This document shows positions 10,112 to 16,810 of a stretch of DNA of 64,000 bases, in pieces. The position numbers and the translations under genes are program-made. The notes beneath the pieces are model-generated. The model ran no database searches. It was not told where the DNA came from and saw only the letters and a list, made by a program, of their open reading frames with translations. Each line of letters starts with the position of its first letter. Position 1 is the stretch's first letter. Origin of the DNA: a virus (Duplodnaviria > Caudoviricetes); IMG/VR virus record IMGVR_UViG_2928552194_000001, positions 853 to 64,852 of that record; one strand, given 5' to 3'.

Positions 10112-10449
10112 TCCGCATCCAGCATCAGATGCGGCGCGAGGCAGCGGGTCTGGAAGGCCTCGAACACCGGCCAGATGTCCAGAAGCGCGTCGATCCCTTC
10201 CGGTGTGACGGGAACGGGATTGCCGTCGGCATCGCCGACACCTTCCCAGCCGGTGACCACGCGGCGGGCGACCGCCTTCGCCATCACCAACGCCTGTTCC
10301 TCCTTGCTCGCCCCCTCGGGTAGCGCTTCCACCGCCGGATCATTGCGTGCGGCGACCATGATCGCGGTGGTGACGGGCAGGACGTGCAGGCGCAGGCCAG
10401 AGCCGAGATCGAGCCATTTCGGCTCGCTGGAAAGGTCGAGACGGATCAT
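10012..10449 (-). CDS. Tail assembly chaperone (gpG-like)
   Basis: MIRLDLSSEPKWLDL...WEGVGDADGNP; between tube and TMP; ends just after a slippery site. Confidence 0.82.
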   Translation of the reverse strand: MIRLDLSSEPKWLDLGSGLRLHVLPVTTAIMVAARNDPAVEALPEGASKEEQALVMAKAVARRVVTGWEGVGDADGNPVPVTPEGIDALLDIWPVFEAFQTRCLAPHLMLDAEKNGSAPSQTGTSAGAKATARPAKARARTARRG

Positions 10450-10451
10450 GG

Positions 10452-11396
10452 TCAGTAGCTTTCGATGTCGTTGACGAGAACGGCGGTGCACATCCGTCCC
10501 AGCGCAGCGTCGCGCGCGGCCTGCCAGTCGAAGCTGGCCTGCACGCCCTGCGGTCCGGAAATCTCGATCCGCGGGCGCGGCAGATAGACCGCGTGCGCCA
10601 TGAGGGTCAGGCTTTCGCCGGAGAGCAGCGTGTAGGAGAACTCGAGCTCGCAAGGCGTGCCGTTGATCGCCTGGCTGACGAGCGTGCTGTCGGCGAAACG
10701 CACCTCGGTGCGGCCGGTGAGTGCGGCGATCGAGGGATCGGCGCCATCGATCATGCCGTCGGCGCGGATGGTCTCGATCCGATCGAGATTGTTGGCATAG
10801 GTGATCTCGGTCGAGATCACGTTACCCAAGGCGGTGCCGTTGCGTTTGATCGAGCCGTTGAAATGCCCGAAACGGATCAGGTCGAGCTCCGCCGGTGTTC
10901 CCGCGCCGCTGGTCGTGGCGACCGTCTCGCCCTGTGCCACCAGCCGAGCGGTGTCGGTGAGCAGACCCGAGCGCTGCATCTGCCAGCTGAGCTGGTCCAG
11001 CACCACGCCGGAATACATGGCGTAGCGCGGCACCTCGGGCATGGCGGTCTCGATCGCCATGCTAGGCAGGGTCCAACTGCCGGACTGAAACGTATGGGTA
11101 TATGGACCAGGCGAGCTTCCGGTGGTGGTCGGCGTGCCGAAGGCCGCCTTCAGCCAGAAGCCGAAGGCCTCGGCATCAATCGGCACCACCACATCGCCAT
11201 CGGCGGTCACCGCGTCCTTGATGGGCGCGAGAGGATCGCGACCGTAGCCCAGAAGCTCCGAGTTCAGGAGCGGCTGTTCCGCCCCGAGCGTGGCGCTGGC
11301 AAAGGGCATCCTCGTGTAACCGCTGCCGGGCGGGGTGCCATAGGTCGTCTCGAACGCGAGCGCCATCCGCGCTCGCGCCCCTTGGGCGCGTGCCAT
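10452..11396 (-). CDS. Tail tube (major tail) protein
   Basis: MARAQGARARMALAFETTYG...; 314 aa; position after the terminator; AAGGAG SD. Confidence 0.88.
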   Translation of the reverse strand: MARAQGARARMALAFETTYGTPPGSGYTRMPFASATLGAEQPLLNSELLGYGRDPLAPIKDAVTADGDVVVPIDAEAFGFWLKAAFGTPTTTGSSPGPYTHTFQSGSWTLPSMAIETAMPEVPRYAMYSGVVLDQLSWQMQRSGLLTDTARLVAQGETVATTSGAGTPAELDLIRFGHFNGSIKRNGTALGNVISTEITYANNLDRIETIRADGMIDGADPSIAALTGRTEVRFADSTLVSQAINGTPCELEFSYTLLSGESLTLMAHAVYLPRPRIEISGPQGVQASFDWQAARDAALGRMCTAVLVNDIESY

Positions 11397-11419
11397 GTCG
11401 GTCTCCTTGTCGAAGGGGT

Positions 11420-11528
11420 TCAGCCGAGCGGGTCGGCCGTGGAGTGAGGCGGATCAGGCGACAGTCCGGTGGACTGTCACCCCGCCGAACGCAGCACCCG
11501 CATCAGCCAAGCGGGTCCGAAGCGGAGT
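11420..11528. repeat. Palindromic element between two diverged copies of a gene 3' end
   Basis: GACAGTCC-GGT-GGACTGTC at 11460-11478; TCAGCCGAGCGGGTC at 11420 versus TCAGCCAAGCGGGTC at 11503. Confidence 0.7.
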
Positions 11529-11919
11529 GTAGAATGACAGGAATGACGGCCGCCTTCAGGCTGGCCGCGCCGTCCACCGGCAGGTCGACCAGCTGCGGCG
11601 CTTCCGCCTCGACCCAGTCGCAGAGGCCGCCCAGCATGCGGTCGGCGGCGAACGCCGCGCCGATGCTGGCGCAGAGCGTGTCGAAGGCCGTGTCACGGGC
11701 GGCTCCCTGCACGACCGCCTCGACCTCGGCGCGGTGCTGGTAGTGGTAGCGCAAGGGCGAGAGCGTCACCTCGGGCTCCCCCGGCTCGCCGTCGCGCAGG
11801 ATCAGCAATCCTTCGGCGGGGACGCGCTCGGGCAGCACCTCACCGCGCAGGGCGGTGGCGGGCAGCGCCGAAAGCCGCGCGTGCAGCGCGGCGAGGATGG
11901 TTTCGCGAGTGGAGGGCAT
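11503..11919 (-). CDS. Tail terminator/completion protein
   Basis: MPSTRETILAALHARL...LGGLCDWVEAEAP; directly upstream of the tail tube. Confidence 0.75.
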   Translation of the reverse strand: MPSTRETILAALHARLSALPATALRGEVLPERVPAEGLLILRDGEPGEPEVTLSPLRYHYQHRAEVEAVVQGAARDTAFDTLCASIGAAFAADRMLGGLCDWVEAEAPQLVDLPVDGAASLKAAVIPVILHSASDPLG

Positions 11920-11950
11920 GGCGATCCCGTTGTCCGGGACCCGCCCGGCT

Positions 11951-12295
11951 TCAGTGGTCCCTGTCGGGTTTCGGTTCCGTGATGGCAGCGAGCCGTCGCG
12001 GCAGGTCCGAGCGGGCGTGGAGGAAATCGACGATGATCACCTGCTCGGCATCCTCGACGAAGATGACGAAATGCTGGCCCGCGCGCGTGAACCGCAGATC
12101 CTCGGGCAAGTCCGGGTCGATGATCCGGCGGCAGTCCTGCGACATGGCCGTACCGGCTGCGATCTCCGCGCAGCGGGCGATCAGGTCGTCCTCATAGGCT
12201 GCGGCCTGTCGCGGGCCGAAGGTCTCGACCGTCCAGTTCGCACTGTCGACGAGCGATGCTTCGGCCTGCCGGGTCAGGCGCCACGGCTTGAGCAT
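11951..12295 (-). CDS. parE: ParE/RelE-family toxin
   Basis: WRLTRQAEASLVD..WTVETFGPRQAAAY and IIVDFLHARSD motifs; coupled to the antitoxin. Confidence 0.85.
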   Translation of the reverse strand: MLKPWRLTRQAEASLVDSANWTVETFGPRQAAAYEDDLIARCAEIAAGTAMSQDCRRIIDPDLPEDLRFTRAGQHFVIFVEDAEQVIIVDFLHARSDLPRRLAAITEPKPDRDH

Positions 12296-12552
12296 CAGGT
12301 TCTGGCGCGCGCACGAGCAAAGGCACGCCGGACAGCCTCCTCGCCGCTGCCCTCGGCCAGATCACCACGCCGGGCCTGCTCCAGCCCGGTCGCCAGCCGG
12401 TCACGCAACGCGCCAAGCTCGGTTTCCTCGCGTTCGAGCAGTCGCAGCCCGGCCCGCAAGGCTTCCGAGGCATTCTGATAGCGCCCGGAAGCGACCAGCC
12501 GGTCGACCAGGTCGGATTGGGTGTCGGTCAGAACGACGTTTCGCGTGGCCAT
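12295..12552 (-). CDS. parD: ParD-like ribbon-helix-helix antitoxin
   Basis: MATRNVVLT...LVASGRYQNASEALRAGLRLLE; GGAGG SD before ATG 12552. Confidence 0.88.
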   Translation of the reverse strand: MATRNVVLTDTQSDLVDRLVASGRYQNASEALRAGLRLLEREETELGALRDRLATGLEQARRGDLAEGSGEEAVRRAFARARART

Positions 12553-12615
12553 GCGCGCCTCCATGCAGGTGATTGGCAATATATGCCAATCGACCCTGAA
12601 TGTCGACCTCCCGTT

Positions 12616-12830
12616 GTTACGACCGAGGCTCCACCCATTCGCCACGATCAGCCCCGGCACCGCATCGCGCACCCGCTCGGCATCCCGCGCGAGGTCCAGC
12701 CGCTTCGGCAACCTGACCTGCGGGACCAGCAGGAAGATCGGCACGGTGGTCAATCCCCGGCCGGTCTTCGACCGTGATGCCACGGCACGGCCCTTCTTGT
12801 TCAGTCGTCCCTCCGCCACCAGCAGGCTTG
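12616..12830 (-). pseudogene. 3' fragment of a DUF6441-like neck/tail gene, 5'-truncated and frameshifted
   Basis: LLVAEGRLNKKGRAVASRSKTGRGLTTVPIFLLVPQVRLPKRLDL; no start or 5' part; apparent 1-nt loss near LIVAN fuses it in frame to parD. Confidence 0.7.
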
Positions 12831-12859
12831 ATTAGCAGGCCGCTAACCGCCTAGCCGCA

Positions 12860-12894
12860 AACACTTTGAAAATAATGGATTTTTCAGTTGACAA
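12860..12894. other. AT-rich att-associated segment with IHF-like site next to the tRNA 3' end
   Basis: Minus strand TTTCAAAGTGTTT resembles WATCAANNNNTTR; abrupt AT-rich patch in GC-rich DNA. Confidence 0.45.
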
Positions 12895-12985
12895 TGGCGG
12901 AGAGGATGGGATTCGAACCCACGAGAAGCTTTTGACCTCTACTCCCTTAGCAGGGGAGCGCCTTCGACCACTCGGCCACCTCTCC
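12895..12985 (-). tRNA. trnS: tRNA-Ser (anticodon GCT)
   Basis: GGAGAGGTGGCCGAGTGGTCGAAGGCGCTCCCCTGCTAAGGGAG...GGTTCGAATCCCATCCTCTCCGCCA: 7-bp acceptor stem, long variable arm, encoded CCA. Confidence 0.97.
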
Positions 12986-13023
12986 ACAGCGCGCTTTCTA
13001 AGGGTTTCCGTCAGTTTGGCAAG
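12986..13023 (-). promoter_or_regulatory. Sigma70-type tRNA promoter
   Basis: TTGCCA-16 nt-TAGAAA followed by GC-rich discriminator GCGCGC just before the tRNA. Confidence 0.6.
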
Positions 13024-13030
13024 GCTCAAT

Positions 13031-13100
13031 CTTGCAGATAGATGCGGGAACTTGCAGAACGATGCAGGAACTTGCAGGGGGAAGTGGGGGAAAATCGGGG
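13031..13100 (+). repeat. att-arm region: CTTGCAG x3 at 20-bp period plus GTGGGGGAAAATCGGGG
   Basis: CTTGCAG at 13031, 13051 and 13071; the 17-mer at 13084-13100 recurs with one mismatch at 63947-63963. Confidence 0.7.
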
Positions 13101-13106
13101 GAATAG

Positions 13107-13121
13107 GTTCATGGGCTGTTC
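13107..13121. promoter_or_regulatory. Alphaproteobacterial LexA box
   Basis: GTTC-ATGGGCT-GTTC matches GTTC-N7-GTTC exactly. Confidence 0.6.
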
Positions 13122-13199
13122 CTCTATCCACACATTTCGCTCGCTGTGGACAATAGGGCGGCAACCCTCACCCTAAACCTGGCGCGTCGCCTCCCTTCT

Positions 13200-13565
13200 T
13201 CAACGTCTGGTTCGGCTCTCCTCCTCCCCCACAATGCGCTCCTCCTCCACCCATGACCTCCTGCGCTGAGAGAACGAGTACCTCGGATAGCTCGCGCATA
13301 GCTCGTTGAAGGCCGCCCGCGCGACAATCGAATTGCTAGCGAATGCCACCACCTCCTCGATGTCGCCTTTGGCATCGAGTTTGTAGATGGCACTGCCCTG
13401 CGCATGAACGTCGATCCAGGAGCGACCCCGAGGCTGGCGCGGTGATTCGAGCATGAGCGCGATGAGTCTCGCGGTTTCCGGAGAAAGGACAGTGGTGCGC
13501 TTTTCGTCGGCCCTTGTTCGTAGGGCCGCCGCGAGTTCTGCTACGCTGTTCCATTTTCTCGACAT
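13200..13565 (-). CDS. Hypothetical protein divergent from SRAP, probably SOS-controlled
   Basis: ORF MSRKWNSVAELAA...; ATG 2 nt from a LexA box. Confidence 0.6.
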   Translation of the reverse strand: MSRKWNSVAELAAALRTRADEKRTTVLSPETARLIALMLESPRQPRGRSWIDVHAQGSAIYKLDAKGDIEEVVAFASNSIVARAAFNELCASYPRYSFSQRRRSWVEEERIVGEEESRTRR

Positions 13566-13567
13566 GA

Positions 13568-13582
13568 GAACAGAAGTGGAAC
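13568..13582. promoter_or_regulatory. Alphaproteobacterial LexA box
   Basis: GAAC-AGAAGTG-GAAC (GAAC-N7-GAAC) between the divergent hypothetical and SRAP genes. Confidence 0.8.
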
Positions 13583-13627
13583 AAGAACCCATTGCGGTCA
13601 AGATAAGTCGATGGCAGAATCGATCAC

Positions 13628-14308
13628 ATGTGCGGACGCTTCACCCGCTGCCATACCTGGCGCGAAATCCATGCGATGTACCGGCTGACCGTCTCGGAGG
13701 CCGGGCGGAACACCGAGGCGCGCTACAACATCGCGCCGACACAGGACGTCCTCTTCGTCACCGCCGGCGACGACGGTTACCAGCGGGTCCGCGAGGGTCG
13801 CTGGTGGCTCGTGCCGGGATGGGCCAAGGAGGTCCCAAAATATGCGATGTTCAATGCCCGCTCGGAAGAAGCGGCAGAAAAGCCAGCTTTTCGGGACAGC
13901 TTTCGGTCGAAGCGCTGCCTGATCCCTGCCGATGGTTTCTACGAATGGACCAAGGCCGATGATAGCGGGAAAGACCCGTGGTTTATCCATCTGCCGGATC
14001 AAAAGCCTTTCAGCTTCGCCGGTCTCTGGGCGTACAATCCGGCGCTGGACATCACGAGTTGCACGATCCTGACGGCAGCCGCGCAAGAGCCCATGTGCCA
14101 ACTCCACAGCCGGCAACCGATCATCCTCGATCCTGCCGCCTACGATGCGTGGCTCGATCCGGCCACATCAGTCACCAACGCCAAGGATTTATTGACACAG
14201 GACCTCGACGGCGATCTGCAATTTTATCGCGTCGGACGCGAGGTTAACTCGACGAGCAAAGGCGGCGCCGACCATCCTGGCCTGATCGGCCCGCTCAACC
14301 CGCTATGA
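13628..14308 (+). CDS. SOS response-associated peptidase (SRAP/YedK-HMCES family)
   Basis: N-terminal MCGRF, RYNIAPTQ, FNARSE, RCLIPADGFYEW and HSRQPIIL motifs. Confidence 0.95.
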   Translation: MCGRFTRCHTWREIHAMYRLTVSEAGRNTEARYNIAPTQDVLFVTAGDDGYQRVREGRWWLVPGWAKEVPKYAMFNARSEEAAEKPAFRDSFRSKRCLIPADGFYEWTKADDSGKDPWFIHLPDQKPFSFAGLWAYNPALDITSCTILTAAAQEPMCQLHSRQPIILDPAAYDAWLDPATSVTNAKDLLTQDLDGDLQFYRVGREVNSTSKGGADHPGLIGPLNPL

Positions 14309-14333
14309 GTGACGAGATGCGAGGCACATCGCC

Positions 14334-14606
14334 ATGACCCGACCGACAGCCGAAGAGGAATTCTTGACCGCGGATGTCGTCTACCCGATCAACGACGACG
14401 CCAAAGCGCAATGGATGATCGCCGCCAAGGATGCCAACGACGAATATGCGCACATCCGCTGGCGCAGGTGGCCCGACTCGGACGACCCTACCCCGGAGCA
14501 GCATGAGGAGTATTGGGCGCTGATGTCCACCGACGAACTCTTTGAGCCGATCGCCTGGGTTCCGACCCGCTACACCTATGACGACATGGTCAGGGTATAC
14601 GGATGA
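14334..14606 (+). CDS. Hypothetical acidic protein
   Basis: GAGG SD; operon with SRAP; ATGA overlap with the next gene. Confidence 0.65.
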   Translation: MTRPTAEEEFLTADVVYPINDDAKAQWMIAAKDANDEYAHIRWRRWPDSDDPTPEQHEEYWALMSTDELFEPIAWVPTRYTYDDMVRVYG

Positions 14607-14803
14607 GCGACGATCCGATCCGCCTCCCGGGTGAGGCACCAACAGCGCCGGCCGGCATCTATGAGCACTGGTGCGAGCATCCCGGCTGCTCGAAATGGGG
14701 CGGCTGGGGCTACAGCATCAACAAGCACACCCAGCCCCACTGGTACTGCTGGGAGCACCGGGACGATGGCGAGGCCCTGCTCAGCGGGTTTACTCGCCAG
14801 TAG
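14603..14803 (+). CDS. Small putative Zn-binding protein
   Basis: HWCEHPGCSKWGGWG...WYCWEH Cys/His pattern. Confidence 0.7.
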   Translation: MSDDPIRLPGEAPTAPAGIYEHWCEHPGCSKWGGWGYSINKHTQPHWYCWEHRDDGEALLSGFTRQ

Positions 14804-14953
14804 CGTCCGAAACGTGAAAGCCCCGCCACCCTTTAGATGGCAGGCCTGTTGCCAAACTTGCTACCTCCCAAATCGTCAGGCGCGATGGGCGACTGGCGAT
14901 TTGCCGCAGGCGCGGCTATAAGCAGAACGGAATAGCGATATCGGTCGGGGGAA

Positions 14954-15448
14954 ATGGCTTTTCAACTTTTTTGGGGCGATGAGACATCTATCCAGTTTGA
15001 ACATGCGTACAACGGAACGGAAGGGGTCGTTACGGCGCAATTGGGTTACGATGACATAACAGACGACACATATTCCCTAATGGTTTCACTCTCTCCGCCA
15101 GGAGGCGCATCTCCTGGCGAGTTTGAAATTGTTTTCTGCATCATCCAATATGACCATGGGGAAGAGTGTTCATATCAGCTATGGGATGGGCAACAGACGA
15201 AAAATCATTTCCCAAATACGGAGCACCGTGCGGCCTGCTTATGGGGAATTTGCGAATGTGTAAAAATCCTAATCGACCAACATTCGCCACAGATTGTTAC
15301 TATGCATGCCTACGCGCCGAACCTCCCTATGAGGGCCTTGCGGAAATATCACGCCGTCGCTAGTGTGTTTTCGGAGGCTGGATTTACGGTCGGTCAACCG
15401 GACCCGTTTCATGGTAGGCAAATGTGGCTGATGGAACGTGTGTCATGA
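14954..15448 (+). CDS. Low-GC moron protein, unknown function
   Basis: 164-aa ORF with GGGGG SD; visibly AT-richer than flanks. Confidence 0.7.
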   Translation: MAFQLFWGDETSIQFEHAYNGTEGVVTAQLGYDDITDDTYSLMVSLSPPGGASPGEFEIVFCIIQYDHGEECSYQLWDGQQTKNHFPNTEHRAACLWGICECVKILIDQHSPQIVTMHAYAPNLPMRALRKYHAVASVFSEAGFTVGQPDPFHGRQMWLMERVS

Positions 15449-15512
15449 TACCGCGTTGATAACCGATCGTCGGCATATTAAATGCAATCCAGAAACTGGG
15501 GCTTAGATTGAG

Positions 15513-15701
15513 ATGAGACAACCAGTTAACAGAGATCGCCAGATTGAGCTGGCCACCGGATTTGAGGAACGTGTTCAAAAGCACGTGGATAAGCTTTTGC
15601 GCGTCCCAGTAATTCGCGAAACGATTTCGCGCCCGAACCCGAAGCAGGGAGAGCGGAAAGCCTTTGTCGTGCAATCCGTGCGAGCTATTCGCTGCGCATA
15701 A
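15513..15701 (+). CDS. Small basic moron protein
   Basis: 62-aa ORF followed by a terminator. Confidence 0.5.
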   Translation: MRQPVNRDRQIELATGFEERVQKHVDKLLRVPVIRETISRPNPKQGERKAFVVQSVRAIRCA

Positions 15702-15729
15702 ATCGATTCCCCCGCCCCTCCCACTCATC

Positions 15730-15759
15730 AAGCCGCCTTCGGGCGGCTTTTTCGTTTTT
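15730..15759 (+). terminator. Rho-independent terminator
   Basis: AAGCCGCC-TTCG-GGCGGCTT followed by TTTCGTTTTT. Confidence 0.85.
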
Positions 15760-15803
15760 CTCAGACGAGTGCAAACTATCAACCTTAGCTCGGTCGATGT
15801 GCA

Positions 15804-16166
15804 TTAAGGTGGCGGCCTGCCCGTCATCGCGTACCAGGCCGAAGCAGCGCCGGCCGCCGCAGCGAGGATCATTTTTCCAATCGTCCAAAGCCCCTGACCA
15901 AGCCTTCCGGCGAAGATGACGCGGTCCCGCACCCGCTCCAGTTCGACCGTGGTCGGTTTGATCCCCTCGACCGAGCGCTCAAGCCCATCGAGCCGGTGCT
16001 TCATATTGATGATCTCGATCCGTGTTTCCTCCTGCGCCTGGTAGCCACGGCGCCGACTTTCCGCTGCCTCCTTGCCTTGGTCGACGAGGGTCGCAATGGC
16101 AGCCACCAGCGCCTTGATCTGCTCTTCCAACCGCACTTGGCGCTCGGCAATTGTTTCCCTGGTCAA
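15804..16166 (-). CDS. Coiled-coil plus C-terminal TM protein at the end of the lysis cassette
   Basis: TTG start with GGAGG SD; heptad pattern; hydrophobic C-terminus. Confidence 0.65.
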   Translation of the reverse strand: MTRETIAERQVRLEEQIKALVAAIATLVDQGKEAAESRRRGYQAQEETRIEIINMKHRLDGLERSVEGIKPTTVELERVRDRVIFAGRLGQGLWTIGKMILAAAAGAASAWYAMTGRPPP

Positions 16167-16236
16167 AGCGGCCTCCGAACAACGGCGACGAGGATTAAAG
16201 CCAGCAGGATCACGCCGGCGCACAGGACGGCATCAG

Positions 16237-16455
16237 CTATTTCCGGCACCACACATCCCTCGCAGCATTCGCCTGTCGAACCTCTTGCACCGTCTGGGCG
16301 GTATCCTTGCTGGCCGAATAGGTGACGACCGGCCAGACGGCGCATTCAGCGCGTGTTGTCGCGATTGTTGGGGTCTGACTGCATCCCGCCATCGTCAGGC
16401 CGCACAGCACGGCCAGCAGCGGCAGCGCGCTCGATATCCTTGATATGTTCAGCAT
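16237..16455 (-). CDS. o-spanin (Rz1-like lipoprotein)
   Basis: Signal peptide with lipobox MAG-C; overlaps the i-spanin in another frame. Confidence 0.75.
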   Translation of the reverse strand: MLNISRISSALPLLAVLCGLTMAGCSQTPTIATTRAECAVWPVVTYSASKDTAQTVQEVRQANAARDVWCRK

Positions 16456-16612
16456 AGCTGTCCCTTTCACTCGCTGCCTGCCTGTCACGTTCCCGCAGCG
16501 CGCCGGATGCACGGCCGCGGAGGTAGGTCGCGATGATGGTGAGGATGCCGATGCCGGCCGCGATCAGATAGCCGCCGGCATCGGATATGAGCGCGGTGAG
16601 CAGACCGGTCAT
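16346..16612 (-). CDS. i-spanin (Rz-like)
   Basis: N-terminal TM plus charged helical domain, downstream of endolysin and holin. Confidence 0.72.
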   Translation of the reverse strand: MTGLLTALISDAGGYLIAAGIGILTIIATYLRGRASGALRERDRQAASERDSYAEHIKDIERAAAAGRAVRPDDGGMQSDPNNRDNTR

Positions 16613-16809
16613 GTACGCCACCCCAACCGCTTGGCGAGCAGGTAAAAGCCCTCGGTGCCCACCCACACGATGCCGCCTGCAATGATCTCGAATGCGGCAT
16701 CACTGGCTGGATCGTTGAACACCTGGTCAACAGTATCGAGGCTGACCCAGCCACGGCCGATCAGGACACCCGCGGCTACACGGGCGACGATGCGAAGAAG
16801 CGGCCCCAT
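16609..16809 (-). CDS. Putative holin
   Basis: 66 aa, two hydrophobic segments, basic C-terminus; AAGGAG SD after the endolysin. Confidence 0.65.
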   Translation of the reverse strand: MGPLLRIVARVAAGVLIGRGWVSLDTVDQVFNDPASDAAFEIIAGGIVWVGTEGFYLLAKRLGWRT

Positions 16810-16810
16810 G

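Larger units (their letters stand above)
1..12830 (-). mobile_element. Truncated prophage remnant: GTA-related siphophage tail and lysis module, no head genes
   Basis: Co-oriented tail terminator, tube, chaperone, TMP, DUF2460, lysozyme, DUF2163, NlpC/P60, TIM-barrel baseplate and DUF2793 genes; the upstream gene is truncated at ~12830 beside the tRNA 3' end. Confidence 0.88.

Noticed and set aside
11503-11919. 'Acyl-CoA transferase' label often given to this family
   Set aside because: Size and position before the tail tube indicate a tail terminator; no CoA-transferase motifs.
12295-12819. 174-aa DUF6441-ParD fusion protein
   Set aside because: Better explained by truncation plus a frameshift; parD has its own GGAGG SD and ATG at 12552.
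1-12830. Bona fide gene transfer agent cluster
   Set aside because: Shares RcGTA-like tail-tip genes, but has lysis genes between DUF2460 and DUF2163, a TA insert, no head/terminase genes and a tRNA-adjacent position, which fits a prophage remnant.
13031-13080. CRISPR-like or iteron array
   Set aside because: Only three 7-bp cores at 20-bp period, no unique spacers and no cas genes; fits att accessory-protein sites.
12832-13164. ORFs spanning the tRNA on both strands
   Set aside because: They overlap a clear tRNA-Ser and att-arm sequence.
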